Below, in pieces: positions 63,203 through 64,000 of a DNA stretch of 64,000 nt. The stretch comes from the human T2T-CHM13v2.0 reference genome, Homo sapiens. A program made the translations under genes and the position numbers. Position 1 is the first letter of the stretch, and every line of letters begins with the position of its first letter. The stretch lies in assembly GCF_009914755.1 (NCBI RefSeq), contig NC_060929.1; one strand, 5' to 3'. The notes beneath the pieces are model-generated. The model was not told the DNA's origin. It worked only from the letters and a program-made list of their open reading frames with translations, and did not search any database.

Positions 63203-63385
63203 AGGCTAGGGCTAGGATGAGGCAAATAACACATTCATCTCAGACATAAAATTGATGGAGACCCCAAAGCTCAGAAATCAAGAAAAATAATATTATAGTG
63301 GAATTTTTTAAATGAAAATTAATGCCAAAAATCCACGGTAAATAAAATATCAACATTTTAAATAAAGACAAGATCTGTATCATTA
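63203..63385 (+). mobile_element. MER96B-like hAT fragment
   Basis: 'ggctagggctaggatgaggcaa...ctcagaaatcaagaaaaataatatt...aaaatatcaacattttaaataaagacaagatc'. Confidence 0.6.
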
Positions 63386-63786
63386 TCATATCTCTATTGA
63401 TTGTAGCCGTTAAAGTTTAATCTAATAAATCCTTTCTTTATATTTTTTGACATGTTTAACAAAAGTCAATTAAGCCTCTCAAATAAAATTCATACACATG
63501 CCTCATTTTAAAAATTCAAAATGAAATAGCTTTATGAATTCTCTTGAATGTAAGAATGCCAAGGAGAAAAATTTGAACAGATTTTTAGTCAGCAAAATAA
63601 AGATGCACTTGGAGATTAGCATCACAGAAATGGTTTTCTCATTTGTCAACTTGAAATTAACATTAACAGCCATTTGTAAAACTTAGTGAACTTTATGAAG
63701 TACACATCAGTATTCTACAAAAGTCATAATTGTAATGCAGATTTTCTACAATCACAGGAAAGATAGTCCTCACTGTCCAAGAGAAG

Positions 63787-63955
63787 TGTATTAGTTTGCT
63801 TGGGCTGCCATAACAAAACACCACACTGGATGGTTTACACAATTGAGATTGATTTTCCTATGGTCCTGGAGGCTGTAATTCTAAGATCAAGTTGCTGGCA
63901 GACTGGTTTCCTTTGAGGCCTCTCTTCTCACCCTCTTGCACCTCTTTGTATGACT
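63787..63955 (-). mobile_element. MLT1A/MST-like LTR 3' fragment
   Basis: 'tgtattagtttgcttgggctgccataacaaaacaccacactgg...ctggaggctgtaattctaagatcaag'. Confidence 0.8.
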
Positions 63956-64000
63956 TCTGTGATGTAAGACAGGGATGATACAGGGTGGTCACAGGAGGAC

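Overview
This is primate (very probably human) AT-rich, gene-poor genomic DNA, intergenic or deep intronic. I can support no intact protein-coding exon, RNA gene or CRISPR-type structure. Most recognisable sequence is transposon-derived. It includes a full-length but disabled L1PA (best fit L1PA4) at 47759-53907 with a 17-bp target-site duplication (TSD) and an open antisense ORF0, and a complete THE1D/MSTA MaLR provirus at 36823-39364. There are also about 13 Alu insertions, solo ERV1/ERVL/MaLR LTRs, DNA-transposon MITEs and many old L1M/L2/MIR fragments. An HMGB1 processed pseudogene lies on the minus strand at about 54645-55773. Almost all entries in the ORF track are chance ORFs or repeat-derived. 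I did not find a new biological system. The most unusual small-scale observations are a 33-bp Alu remnant with a perfect 15-bp TSD inserted into the TSD of an older Alu, an old ~97-bp degenerate tandem triplet, a duplicated 24-bp multi-TF-motif cassette, and several perfect or near-perfect palindromes. Subfamily calls are by eye from remembered consensus sequences and should be confirmed with RepeatMasker/Dfam.
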